Shown here: piece by piece, positions 52,403-63,829 of the stretch
How positions within the stretch are numbered: the stretch's first letter is position 1
How the letters are laid out: every line of letters begins with the position of its first letter
Assembly: GCA_905178155.1 (NCBI GenBank)
Contig: CAJINV010000003.1
Location: forward strand, 5,795,985-5,859,984
Length of the DNA: 64,000 bases
Direction: 5' to 3'
Source: Amoebophrya sp. A120
Taxonomy: Eukaryota > Protista > Dinoflagellata
Position numbers and translations under genes: made by a program
Notes under the pieces: model-generated
Databases searched by the model: none
Told to the model about the DNA's origin: nothing
What the model saw: the letters and a program-made list of their open reading frames with translations, nothing else

Positions 52403-55400
52403 ATGCAGACTTTTCAGAGACAGAGCGTGAGTGAGAGGTATAAGAAAGTGCGAGGGGCGGGCTCTCCAAGGCCACGGAGAAGTAACCAGGCATAGCCGGC
52501 CCATCTAGAGAATCGTCGCTTGTTGTTGCAGATTGAATCGTCCGCATGTCTGGGCTAGGCTGATTCTGACGTGCTTGGCCCGTGTGTGCCATTTTCTGTT
52601 GATGAGAAAAGGGAGTGATCTGTTTCCTGTGCCCATCAAGCGGAAGCAGCCGGTGACAGACTTGCACATCCATGCGAATGCAACATTGCCGACCGCAAGC
52701 GGCTCAGCGGCACAAGCCGGCACCTCGCGCCAGGCAGCGACGTCGAGTGCAGGCGCAGGTCCTCCGCTCTCCTTCTCTTCCGCTGTCCGAGCAGGTGTGC
52801 AGCTTGGAATACATGGGGGATCCCTCGGTCTGCAGCGAGATAATTGCATTTCGACTGCGGTCTCCAGGCAAGATGCAGACGCAGGCGCAACCACCAAACA
52901 AACAAGCCAGAGGACGTCACGGCTTCAGTCGCAGTCTGGTCGTGCGCCGGACACAACTGCAGCACGGGAATCCCGCGAGGCGCGCCTCCTTAGGGACGGG
53001 ACCACTCCACCCGCGAGTTGTACAACGAGACCAACAGGATCTCCTTCTGCCGGTAAGAAGTCACTGTCCAGTGGTGCGAAGGAACATGAAGGCAGCGTCG
53101 CGCTCGCCAACCAGCAAAAAAACGCTCTCCCAAAAGCGCTTACGCAGATCGCGGCAGACGAGAACAGCAAAAAGAAGCCGGAAAACGCGGTGGCAGGGGC
53201 TGCAGAGCAGGAACGAGCGAGGGCGCTGCTGACCGGCAAGGGCGGTTCTGGAAACCCAGCTCTAGTATCGGCTGCCTCGACTTCTCCGTCCGCTGGCGGT
53301 GTCGATGAACAAAAGCGACCTGGACCGTCAGCCGGAGGCCGAGACTCTGGCCGTGTAGCCGTTCAGGATGTTGAACAAACCAGTGGTCGTACAGAGCAGA
53401 GTAAAGCAGCGACGTCGGAGGCTGCTGCGGGGGACCCGACCAGTAGCAAGGCATCCAGGGCAGAGAAGGCAAAGAAGCTTCTGCAGAGCCACCGAAACTT
53501 TCTGAAGTACATGCAGACTGGGTTGGCCAATTGCTCGACCAAAAATGCCGCCGTGGACGAGACCACGCATCCGTTTCCGGAGCGCAAAATCCACTACTGC
53601 ATCCAGTTCGGGAATAACAGCGCGCTGATCCGGCAGTTACTGCGGCAAATCAAGTGCTTTGCGCCGACGTTGGGGGATCCACAGAATCGGTTTTCGCACG
53701 TGCGCTATGAAGAGAAGATTGCCACCGTGACACCGAAGGAAGTATGCCAATTGCACGACGTAAACCTGACGCCCTGCGACTTTCTCTGGACGCAGTACAA
53801 GTGTCGCAAGTTTTTCGACGTAATGCGGGGGCAGGCGGACGAGTTTGCTTTCGTGTCCAAGAACACCGAGGACGCATGCGAAATCTCGATGCTGCCCCCC
53901 GGGCGGGCTCGCAAGCTCGTAGCAGCGCTCGCCCAGAAGCAAAATCGCACGAAGAGTCCCACGCGCGGCACTGCACAAGTGCCAGCGGGCACCTCGTCGA
54001 TCTCGATTGGCTTTGGCAGAGGCATCGGCGCGACTAAGCCGCCTGCAAAAGCTGTGGCCACGACGCCTCTCGCGAACAAAACTAGGGACGTGATACAGGA
54101 ACACGCTCGAACTCTGTCTACCCAATTGTCTCCGAGCAACACGGGGATGGTAGGCCCAGGAAGTACACCGATTATGCCGGAAACAACTCCTCCAAAAACG
54201 GCTCGGGGACCAACGGAAGATGGTGCCACACCAGTTGCTTGCTCAAGTCCAACATCAAAAGGCACGCCCGCCCGGCTCAAGCTTGACGTGCCCGTTCGTC
54301 AGGAGGACTCGTCACTAGTGGTCTCCTTTTCATCGGGAGCCGAGGACGTCGAGAGCACTTCTGCCGGTGAAAATTCATCCTCGGCCGCTTCCTCAATTCC
54401 GCAGGGCGTTACACCGGCCGGAGCGACGCCGTCGAGCGTACTTGGCACTGCCAGCGAGGGACCGCTGGAGGAAAGAACGATCCTGCCGTCCCACTCTTCC
54501 ACTGTGGATACATCTTCAAGTGGAGGTTGCGATAATGTGCCAACCGCTACGACAGAAACTCCCTCGTCTCGGACTTCGTCATCCTCTGCGAGCAGTACGG
54601 CTAGAAGTGGCAAACCGACGTCAAGACGAGGACAAGCAAACGGGACGACGACGAGCAGAAATAAATCCGCAATATTATCGTCATCTCCATCTCCCATGGC
54701 GTTTCGAGACCTTCCGAAGGGTGGCGGTACAAGTACAACTCCTCTGCGCCACGAAAGCCGGTTCGTAGACGTTAGAAAAAGGCCGTGCGCGTACCACAAT
54801 CATTTAGAGGGTAACCAGGTGCTATGCACAAAAATCGGGCTCTTCGAGTGTCTGCGGCGCCATCTGGGCATCCCTGGCGTCTACCAGATTTTGCCGTTTG
54901 CCTATGTGGTGCGGAACGAGGAGGACATCGAGAATTTCGCCGACATATACAACATGTCCCTGTCCGCAAAGAAGGCCGCGTTCTTGCCCGCGGACGCCTA
55001 CAGTCGACGTGGCACCGAAGACAATATTTCCGCCAGCGGGCGCGGTTTGGAAGATCAAGATGCAGATGATTGCGGTCGTGAAACCAAAGAAGACAGTACT
55101 TCTTCGAGTTCTTGCGCAGGCAGCGATGCAGGAGCTGCAAGTGTGCAGCTTGCGAACAATCGACAAGAAGAAGAAGCACCCCTCGAAACGTCGGCGCTGA
55201 AAGATGACCAGTGGAACAAACGGGACGGCGCTTCTTCGAAAGGTTCGCTGCCCGCCACAGAGGTGGATGCGAGTCGGAAATCTTCAGTGTCGCTGCACAC
55301 CACCAGCGCAGATGCAAACACGAAAACAAAAAATTCGGGAACCAAGAACGCACCAGGTATGGATGGTCTGAGTACCACTCCACTTGATGAGGCGGAGGCG

Positions 55401-56888
55401 CGCGAAAGCGGGAGTGAAAGCACCGCCACGAAGATGGACGACGAGCAGCAGGAGAATGTGCGCGGTGGTACCATCGAGGACGCCGGAGATGAACAGAGCA
55501 ACACTGCCACTGCAGCGACTGATACAGGTTCATCAGAATCCATTGATGAGACACGACATCAAGTCAACCCAGAGGACGGTTCCGAGAGGACTAGACAAAC
55601 GCAGGAGCCGCTCAGTGGTGGCGTCACTCGTGTTGTGGAAAAAGCCAAGACCCAGGACACGATTGATCCAAGTACTACAAGTGCCGAGGCAGGCGGGGCT
55701 GCTGTGTGTAAAAATAATCTTCAGACTGCTAAAACGCGCGCAACATCGAAGTCCAAGAAGGCAAAGGCGAGCGGCGTGCGTGGCAACGTGTGGCTTCTGA
55801 AGCCTGGGCTTTTCGCGAATCGCGGCACGGGGATCGAAATCTTGACCGAATTGGAAAAGATCCAGGCGCACCTGCGGAAGAAGATCCACAAGTATCCTTT
55901 CCTCCTGCAGAAATACATCGAACGGCCCTTTTTGGTGGAAGGCAGGAAGTTCGACATTCGTGCCTACGCACTCGTGCTTGACGAGTGCGATGAGGCGGAC
56001 GACGAGCAGCCCTCGGGTGTTGAAAGCAGTTATGGTACCGCGATCGGTAGTGGAGTTGCGGCACAGGAGATGAAGCAGCCGCCTGATGCTGGTGCATCTT
56101 CGCGAAAGAACGACGATGATCCTGATCGTATCGCCAGCGAGCAAAACAGATCCAAGTCCCCGAAGAGCGTGGGGGATGCGCTCGAGGCTTACTACTATGT
56201 GGACTACTACATCCGCACGACGAGCACCACCTACAGCTGTTCCGACTTTGCGAACCGGTTGAAGCACCTGAATAACGACGCTGTGCAAAAACACGGGTCC
56301 GACTACGGAAAGTTCGAAAGCGCGAACAAGTTGTCCATTCCCGAGTTCCAAGCCTATTTGGAGAAGAACCGGTACAGCAACAAAGGGTTCTCCACCACGG
56401 TCCTAACGGAGCAGATCAAGGCCCATATGCGGACAGTGTTCACCGCCAGTGCTTCGCTGCTGAACCCGCGCCGGATCCCCGGGTATCATAGTCGCGGCTT
56501 CTTTTGTTGATTGTTGAGGCGTGTCTTGAGCCAAAACTGTAAGTACAGCGTCCCGTCATGTTTTCTTGAAGATTTACAGACGGTGGCGATCCACAAGCTA
56601 CAGACATGATGATCCATTTGCTGTGGGGGACGGGGACAACAACCAATAGCGATACGCCATCGAAAAATGATAATAAGGTGCTACGAGATGTTTGGGTTCG
56701 ACTTTATGCTGGACACGGATTTTCGGTGCTGGCTAATTGAGGTGAACACTAACCCGTGCTTGGAATTGTGCAATGCACACTTGGCAACCATTCTGCCGCC
56801 TCTCATCGAGTCTACTATTCGCAAGAAGGTCTTCAAAAACTTCGGAAAGTGGGACCACAAGTGGGAGCGGCTCGATCTCGGTGGATAG
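52403..56888 (+). CDS. Tubulin-tyrosine-ligase-like (TTLL) enzyme, possibly glycylase-type, with very long low-complexity insertions
   Basis: GNNSALIR; NHLEGNQVLCTK; VWLLKPG..NRGTGI; LQKYIERPFLVEGRKFDIRAYAL; HLNNDAVQK; YEMFGFDFMLD..WLIEVNTNPCL. Introns 52438-52606 (inferred, start uncertain) and 56483-56677. Confidence 0.88.
56484..56672. mobile_element. Introner remnant inside a GT-AG intron (56483-56677)
   Basis: Left TATCATAGTCGCGGC...TTGATTGTTG; right CAACAACCAATAG...GCCATCGAAAAATGATA form a degenerate ~35-bp inverted repeat. Splicing gives RIPG|CYEMFG. Confidence 0.65.
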
Positions 56889-57426
56889 GTTCAATGGAAC
56901 GTCGTCGGTTCCGCAATGGCACTCAAATCATTTTTCCATGCATGACTCTAGCGCTTCTTGGTGAAAAAGAAAATCACAATGAAGAGTCCGACCCCGACGT
57001 GCATCATCCTAACATGGGGTGCCAATGTGGTGCCTTCACGCAGCGATCGTGTTCATCACGTGTATTCTTTTTGGTAATCAAGCGCAGCTCGATGGCTAAT
57101 TTCAGATTGTCGGTTCACGGTAATATCACAATACACCAGGATCTCGATCCTTCTACAGCACTCTCTGTGCAATAAATATTTTGAAGATCAACATACGAGG
57201 CAGGTGGGACCAAAATGAACAAAGTGAGTTTATTACCTCCATCTGTCGCTGCTTCAAGTTCAAACCTGTAGGCCCGGGTTTTGCCTACAGCTCGAGCCAC
57301 ATTACGCAACGGGTACTGACGGTGTCTTCATCCAAGACAAGGAAAATAAACTTCAGCGGCAGGGGCAGTCGATGGGTAGCGAGACGAGAAAATAATCATG
57401 ATAGCGGTAGCGAGGGGGTTATCGTT

Positions 57427-60400
57427 ATGCCAACCGCGGTTTTGCCACTTTCTCAGTTGGGAGTGTGGCTCCTGTTCTGGCGAGCGATTGAAGCCCAGCA
57501 CTACAGTCCGCTAGTTCGGGTGCCATACACGCTGAGACGAAAGCGGTGGAATCAGGTCTTGCAAAACAAAGGAAATGACATCCAGCATCCCAGTGTCAAT
57601 GTCCGAGGGGATGAACAGATTGGAAAGAATGTTGACTTTTGTGCGCAGCTGGGCGACGAGAAGCTGGCAAGGCTTTTCCGAGAAAACCCCAGCTACCACC
57701 GCGAGGTGGCTCCGCTGGCCCTTGTCTTTGGACATACACTTCCCCTCACTCTCATCAACACGACCACCTCAGACTGGTCGTTGCAGCAACCAACTGCAGG
57801 CGCAACCAGCGACGAGAATAAGAAAGCGGTCGCGACAGATGCAAATGGGACCACCCCAGCTGGGAACAACCATCTAGCCGGCACACGTATAGTAGGAGAT
57901 GCAGCGTCAACAGAGGAGCGTCCTGCTGTGCAGAACGAAAGTGAAAGAACGCCACAAACTACGATGCCGACCTCCCCGGAAGAAAAACTAGACAAGCAAA
58001 TCGCGAGCGTGCAGCTCGCGCTTCGCTACGCCTATGAGTCGTTACGGTTTGAGGACGGTTTCGCGCTGTTCGGCGTCGCCTGCGGTGTGGTGGAGATCTT
58101 TTTCCCCTGTTCTACCGATTCTCGGATGCTGGCCGGTGCGCGGTCCGCGTCCGCAGCGAAGACGGCAAAGTTTGTTCGCCTTGTGGACGAGTTAGCCGAA
58201 GTTTGCGAGCACGCGATGCGAACCCGGTTCGTGCATCACGCCGACGCGGAGTGTCGCGACGCGTATCCACTGGGCGGCGAGGTACCGGACGAGAGCTCTC
58301 GGTTCGGGCCTCGCGCCGGACTCTTTGTTCGTCCGCAATTGAAGCAGCTGTTCGTGCGATACCGGCAGAACGTCACCAAATCGTTGCGCGCGTTCGCCGT
58401 TCAGCAGGACCACGGGCTTTGGGACGAAAGAGGCCAGAGTTTGTCCGCCGGCGAGGAAAGAAGCTCAAGCCCGTCAATTTTTGCCACCATGTTCATGCAG
58501 GTGGTGGGCCGGTTTTTCCCCAACGACCCAGCCACCGCGTCCTCCTCTCCGATCTTGATTGGTGGACAGGTGCTGTGGCCCACCACGCAGCTCGACGACG
58601 CAGATGATCTCGCTTGGTGGCGGGCAATGACCAAACTGCATGCGTACTCCTGCTCGGTTTACTACGCACTGCTGATGCAAAGTGCGTTCCTTCGAGATAA
58701 TCTTCTGTCCAGCCCAGCACGAAACACGCTGCACGCCATTCGCAACCACACAATAGTACAACCAGGGGTAGCTGCTGCGCAAATAACGGAGGAGCTTGTT
58801 GAACCGGTTGTAGGCATTGCCACCAAACAAAAGCACGGGTCGCACAGCATTGGGGAACGCTGGTGGGATCCCGCTGATGGAGGAAGTACTCTGCGACGGA
58901 CTATGGGGCCACCTAGAAGTGGTTCTGCCGATGAACATCTACTTGCAGCTGAAGCTAGGGAGAGCACAAAAATGGCGGGAGCGGGATCACGATCCGTCGC
59001 GGTCGTTCCGCGTCTGGATGAGTGGGACGTTGTGACCGGTCACGCGCCAAAGCATAGCCGGCGAGGCACCGCACAGGAACAAGTTTCGCAGTGTACGTAC
59101 GGACTGGTGCGGTGGTGGCACGTCACGCAGTGGGCCGACCGGAAGGGGACCGGAGAGGAGGACTTCCGGGCTCTACTGGCGCACTCGGGCGACATCGTGA
59201 CGACGCGCCGTGTGGCAGGGCACCCCGACATACAGGAGATCCTTTCGTTGGTGTTTCGTAGTGTACCGATTGTGCCACTTCTATTCCGCTTGCAATCAGG
59301 ATTGTGTGCTTCCTGGCAGGCGGAAAAGACGTCAGCGTCGTTGGCCGAACGGAAAGAAGAAATCGCAAAGGAGCTGGTTCTTTCGGTGGCGACTAGTGAG
59401 CGTCTCGTGACAGAAGCAGAACTTGTGGGTACGCAGGAACGACGACTGGGGGCACGGTCTTCACCTCTGGCTCACGCGGCCAACGTCAAGAAGGACGCGC
59501 TCCAGGAGCACCCAGGCCAGGAAGGTAAATCTCAATCTGAGTCGCAGCGCAGACCGAAAGTTCGCTTGCTGATGGTTGTTTGGCGTTCACCCAACGTTTT
59601 GCGGTACTTGCGGAACATACAGTTATGGCAGTGTTACGCGAATGTGCAGGGCTACGAGTTTGTTGTGCAGGCTGGGCCGCCGGATTTTTTGCAGACACCG
59701 GAGACGGAAAAGTTTCTTTTCTACTCGAACCTCACAGCGTGGGTCGACCCAGAAATTTGGTCATCATCATCTGCAGATATGAATCATACCCAGCGATTTG
59801 CAGTGATGCGGCAGCGTCTTTTTTCACAGGACAAGAAACGACGCACGACAGCTGATGGTGCAAGCGATTCCGGCGGTGGTATTCGGGAAGCGCACACAGT
59901 CAGCCGCTTGCCAGCCGTTCCAGAGGGTCCCGGAGGTGCAGAAACGCCGATTCAGCGACGTCGACGGCCAGTGTCTTACATGTTCCCTGACGAGACTTCA
60001 GCTCCACAGGGCGCAAACCGAAAGAAGACACCCCCGGACGACGTCGCGGCTTCAGCGACTCGGTTCTCGCAGTCGCACAAGCGCTGGGAGTCACGGGACC
60101 GCGGCGGGGAAGAGTTGGCGAAACAGCCCTGGTTCCGGCTTCGGTGGTGGCGGATGCGGCAACACCTATTGCAGATGAAAGCCGACGCGGCGCGTAGACC
60201 GGACGAGGAGGAGCAAATCTTGATCACGGTGGACGTGGATACGTTGCCGAACCCTTCCTGTTTCGCGGACGTCGCGCTGCACCGGCTGGTGGACCGCCAC
60301 CCCATCGCAATCAAGGACACCCCGCCCTTTTCGGAGGTAAACACGGGTGGTCTGATGGTCACCCGCAACAGCGTGTGGAGCCGGCTGTACCTGGAGGAGC

Positions 60401-61950
60401 TCTGTGAAACATTGCAGCAGTCGTACTTCACGCCGGCGCAGCACCCGGACATGCTTATGAGCACGGAGGCCATTTTGCACGTGCTGCGCGTCGAAGTGCT
60501 GGCCAAGCTGGACCAGCTGCTGTCACTCTTGCAAAAGGAGCAAGAAGGAGAGGCTACGCCATCCGCCGGTGTCGAAAGACGTACTACTACCACACTGGTC
60601 CTTGACCGCACCCAGGATCACGCGAACTCGTCCGGAACATCAAAACAAGATCCAGCAACTTTGATGACGTGGAAGGCGGCGAGTAGCAGAGTCTTACTCT
60701 CCCTGGAAGAGGTTGACGCCTTGAAGGCCAACTCTGGAAACATCATTCGCAGACTGGACCTCTCGCACTGTTGGCGCAGCTACAACACGGCGCTGCGCTC
60801 CCAGGTGAATGCGGCGAAGTGCTGGAACGAGCAAGTGGACGGGTTGCTGCGCATTCTGAAATTGCTCCCGCACTTCTCGGTTGTAACCGCAGTCCGTATG
60901 AAGTCGTTCCAGGACACGCTGCAGGAAAGGAAAAAGGTGGTTAGGTCTCTCAAGGCACTGATCTATGGTCCGCGCTTCCACACGGTGGGCTCTATAAAGT
61001 ACGAGCTGGAAGAGGACTACCAACGCGAGCTGAGGCTCGGGTTGACGCACTTGTCGCCACGAACGCGGGCCACGGTGATGGGGCACTCGTTCCCGAAGTC
61101 AGTATCCGCTGCTAGTACTACCTCCACTTTCATATCTACAACCACAACAACGGCGCCTTTAGTCGACGACTCCGCATCGTCTTTTGCGCCGTCGTCCCCT
61201 GCTCTATTGGGTGCGACGGAGGGCGGAAACCTCGGTGAAAGACTCTCGCCGTACTCCCCCGAAGAAACCCGCGACCGAGCTGTGCTGAGTTGGGAGCCCG
61301 AGAAGCGCCGAGCCTTTCTCGCAGAGTCGACGTACCGCTTTCAGCACTGGCTGTACGAGTCTGTGGAGGTGGGGATCGCCAGCTTCCGCCAGAAAAGCCT
61401 GTCCGAGGTTGTTCACTTCGTCGACCCCCGGAAGCTGGAGATGAACTTTCGCCCGACCCAGTTTCTTTACGCACCCCATGACGTGCTGGACAACCTGAAA
61501 AACAGTGGCGTCTCACATCCGGGACGGATCGCCGAGGTACACGAGGGCTTTACTCCGATGGTGGCGCATTGGGCCGGGTTGCGCTGGGACGAGAAGCAGA
61601 TCAGCATGTACTGGTATTTGAGAAGGTTCAACGGAACGCTCGATTTGCAAGCTGCCCATGATGCCGGAAGTAAAGGGCGGAATGTTAACGATAAGCAAGG
61701 AAATAAACCTGTTGTCCACTACCCTTGGTACGACTACAACAATGCTTCCTGGTCGGACAGAAAGTCATTCGAAAACCTGGTTCGCACCGCAAACGCGAGT
61801 ATGGATAATCTCGCGGACCTGCTTTATAGAGAGTACCACGGCCCGGAAGTGTGTGCCTGGGCGCAAAATTTGGACGCAACCTGCCAACCCAGTACGGCGT
61901 ACCACCGGTTGCTCATGTGCCGGGGCGCTGGCGAGTGGCTGTGCGGGTGA
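57427..61950 (+). CDS. Large signal-peptide-bearing GT-A glycosyltransferase, GT34 (Mnn10/Gma12)-like
   Basis: Signal-like MPTAVLPLSQLGVWLLFWRAIEA. WQCYANVQGYEF; PWFRLRWW; ILITVDVDT (DxD); VNTGGLMVTRNSVWSRLYLE; VAHWAG. Uninterrupted 4.5-kb ORF. Confidence 0.72.
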   Translation: MPTAVLPLSQLGVWLLFWRAIEAQHYSPLVRVPYTLRRKRWNQVLQNKGNDIQHPSVNVRGDEQIGKNVDFCAQLGDEKLARLFRENPSYHREVAPLALVFGHTLPLTLINTTTSDWSLQQPTAGATSDENKKAVATDANGTTPAGNNHLAGTRIVGDAASTEERPAVQNESERTPQTTMPTSPEEKLDKQIASVQLALRYAYESLRFEDGFALFGVACGVVEIFFPCSTDSRMLAGARSASAAKTAKFVRLVDELAEVCEHAMRTRFVHHADAECRDAYPLGGEVPDESSRFGPRAGLFVRPQLKQLFVRYRQNVTKSLRAFAVQQDHGLWDERGQSLSAGEERSSSPSIFATMFMQVVGRFFPNDPATASSSPILIGGQVLWPTTQLDDADDLAWWRAMTKLHAYSCSVYYALLMQSAFLRDNLLSSPARNTLHAIRNHTIVQPGVAAAQITEELVEPVVGIATKQKHGSHSIGERWWDPADGGSTLRRTMGPPRSGSADEHLLAAEARESTKMAGAGSRSVAVVPRLDEWDVVTGHAPKHSRRGTAQEQVSQCTYGLVRWWHVTQWADRKGTGEEDFRALLAHSGDIVTTRRVAGHPDIQEILSLVFRSVPIVPLLFRLQSGLCASWQAEKTSASLAERKEEIAKELVLSVATSERLVTEAELVGTQERRLGARSSPLAHAANVKKDALQEHPGQEGKSQSESQRRPKVRLLMVVWRSPNVLRYLRNIQLWQCYANVQGYEFVVQAGPPDFLQTPETEKFLFYSNLTAWVDPEIWSSSSADMNHTQRFAVMRQRLFSQDKKRRTTADGASDSGGGIREAHTVSRLPAVPEGPGGAETPIQRRRRPVSYMFPDETSAPQGANRKKTPPDDVAASATRFSQSHKRWESRDRGGEELAKQPWFRLRWWRMRQHLLQMKADAARRPDEEEQILITVDVDTLPNPSCFADVALHRLVDRHPIAIKDTPPFSEVNTGGLMVTRNSVWSRLYLEELCETLQQSYFTPAQHPDMLMSTEAILHVLRVEVLAKLDQLLSLLQKEQEGEATPSAGVERRTTTTLVLDRTQDHANSSGTSKQDPATLMTWKAASSRVLLSLEEVDALKANSGNIIRRLDLSHCWRSYNTALRSQVNAAKCWNEQVDGLLRILKLLPHFSVVTAVRMKSFQDTLQERKKVVRSLKALIYGPRFHTVGSIKYELEEDYQRELRLGLTHLSPRTRATVMGHSFPKSVSAASTTSTFISTTTTTAPLVDDSASSFAPSSPALLGATEGGNLGERLSPYSPEETRDRAVLSWEPEKRRAFLAESTYRFQHWLYESVEVGIASFRQKSLSEVVHFVDPRKLEMNFRPTQFLYAPHDVLDNLKNSGVSHPGRIAEVHEGFTPMVAHWAGLRWDEKQISMYWYLRRFNGTLDLQAAHDAGSKGRNVNDKQGNKPVVHYPWYDYNNASWSDRKSFENLVRTANASMDNLADLLYREYHGPEVCAWAQNLDATCQPSTAYHRLLMCRGAGEWLCG

Positions 61951-62854
61951 CCTTGTCACGCGGGTAAACTGCAGGTCTTACTTCTAATTTCTGACTTCTT
62001 GCATGTCTGCGATCTTGGCCACCGGGGGGGATCATTGGATTACATTCATAGCTGCACTCAAGTTCTTGCGACGTTCGCCACTGTCTAATAAGTACCTTGT
62101 CGCTACGTCTTTTCTACGAAGACAACATCCTCTGCGAAAATTTGGTAGACAGTCGCGCTGTTCACTTCCGGGGGCGAATACAAAGGGGATGCCAGCGCCA
62201 CTCCTTTTGGCACAGGCTATCATTATCTCGATAGACATAGAGCATCATACGTGAAATACATGAAACGTTGGTTGACTTTTGCCAAGAGTAAGAGAAAGTA
62301 GATATCGGTTACAAAAAATTCATGGTGTCGATGGCAGGAGTCGGTACTACCCAGCACTGCTTTGATCGGCAATTCATCTGAAATCTATCTTTCTTGTGTC
62401 AGAGATTCGGTTCTAGTTGGTGCGCACAGACACACAGACAGTCGTACATAACGAAGGACTGGAGCAGTGAATGATCTCGTCAGACGAAATGTCACTTAGA
62501 TCTTCTAGATCACAATCGCAAAGCCGAATCACATTAGCGATGACCTCGCTCAGTGATAGAGGTGGCTCGGGTCGGTTGGAGTGACCGCATGTTTTCTTTT
62601 TTCTCTAATGGTTCAGGTCCCATGCACGTGCTCGACAACGAACCCCCGTATGACTACCTCAGCTCCTAATACTCATGCAAAAGCTTTAGCTTATGTTGAC
62701 CCCCTCCCCCTCGGTCTCAGCGCAGTGTTTTTATTGAAACCGAAAAGAAAATCGAAACCCATACCCAAATAACTCCAGCAGAACGTGATACTTGAGAGGG
62801 TTTGTTGAAGTTCTCCATTACGGGTCGCGTGCAGCATCCTCCACAAAAATCAGC

Positions 62855-63829
62855 ATGCGTGTGAGCAACATCGCGAGGTGCAGCTCCGGGCGGAAGCGCG
62901 CGATCAGGATACAACCGGAGAATGCGACAGCCATATTTGCGTCCTCGACGACCACCGCGTTGAAAAGCAAAAGAAGTCCCAGCACTTGTTACCCGACCCT
63001 TTGTTCCAATCTTCGTGGCCTTCCGACTTCTACCCTTTTATCGAGATCCCCTTTGTTCCGAGACCCACCACTGCGACCGCGTAGTTTCGAATGCACCACT
63101 GGCCGTGGCTTCGCCACGAAATTCTCGCTCGAATCTGTACTAAGCGATGGAAGCGACTCTGCCAGGCGTTCGCCAGGTGAGCTGTATAGGCAACTATGCG
63201 ACCAGAAAATCATCGAGGCCGACCCCATGCAGACGCACGCGCTGCAGGCACTCGACCGCATATTCCACCAGACCACCGCAAGATCCTCAGCCTTGTCTTC
63301 TTCGAGTGCGGGAAGAACTCTAGTCGGGGGGCAGGAGTCGGGGAAGTTGTCATCTGCAGCCGGCGCGGAAAGAGACATGAGCACAGGCCCGGCGGGCGAA
63401 TTCGTCCGTGGACTCTATCTACACGGGCCGGCGGGCAGCGGCAAGTCCATGTGCATGGACTTACTTTTTCACAGCCTTTCAGCGCAGCCCCACGTGAAAG
63501 CCAGGAGGCAGCACTTGCACGAGTTCCTCTACACCTTGCACCGGCGGCTGTTCCAGCTGAAGAGCAAGCCAAACTACCAGGGTGCCAGCCGCAAAGAAAG
63601 CGTGGTCCTGGCGCACAGCGGTGTGGGGCACATTGGCAAAGAGGCCGCAGCCATGTCCAGCGCTCGCGAGCAGCAGCTCTCTGCAAACTCTGCAATGAAG
63701 CGGTTCGCGGAGGAGCTGAAGGAAGAGTGTGATGTCTTGTGCTTTGACGAGTTCACAATAACCACAATCCAAGACTGCACCATCCTAGCACCTCTACTGG
63801 CAAAAATGTTCGCCCAGAACATCGTTGTG
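62855..63829 (+). CDS. AFG1: AFG1/LACE1 (ZapE-family) ATPase, first exon; the gene continues past the window
   Basis: DPMQ; GLYLHGPAGSGKSMCMDLLF (Walker A); HLHEF; VLCFDEF (Walker B). Ser/Arg-rich mitochondrial-like presequence. GT donor at 63830. Confidence 0.88.

Noticed and set aside
33641-56888. TTC5 and TTLL as a tubulin-regulation cluster
   Set aside because: They are 17 kb apart with six unrelated genes between them, and TTLL families are large in flagellated protists, so coincidence is likely.
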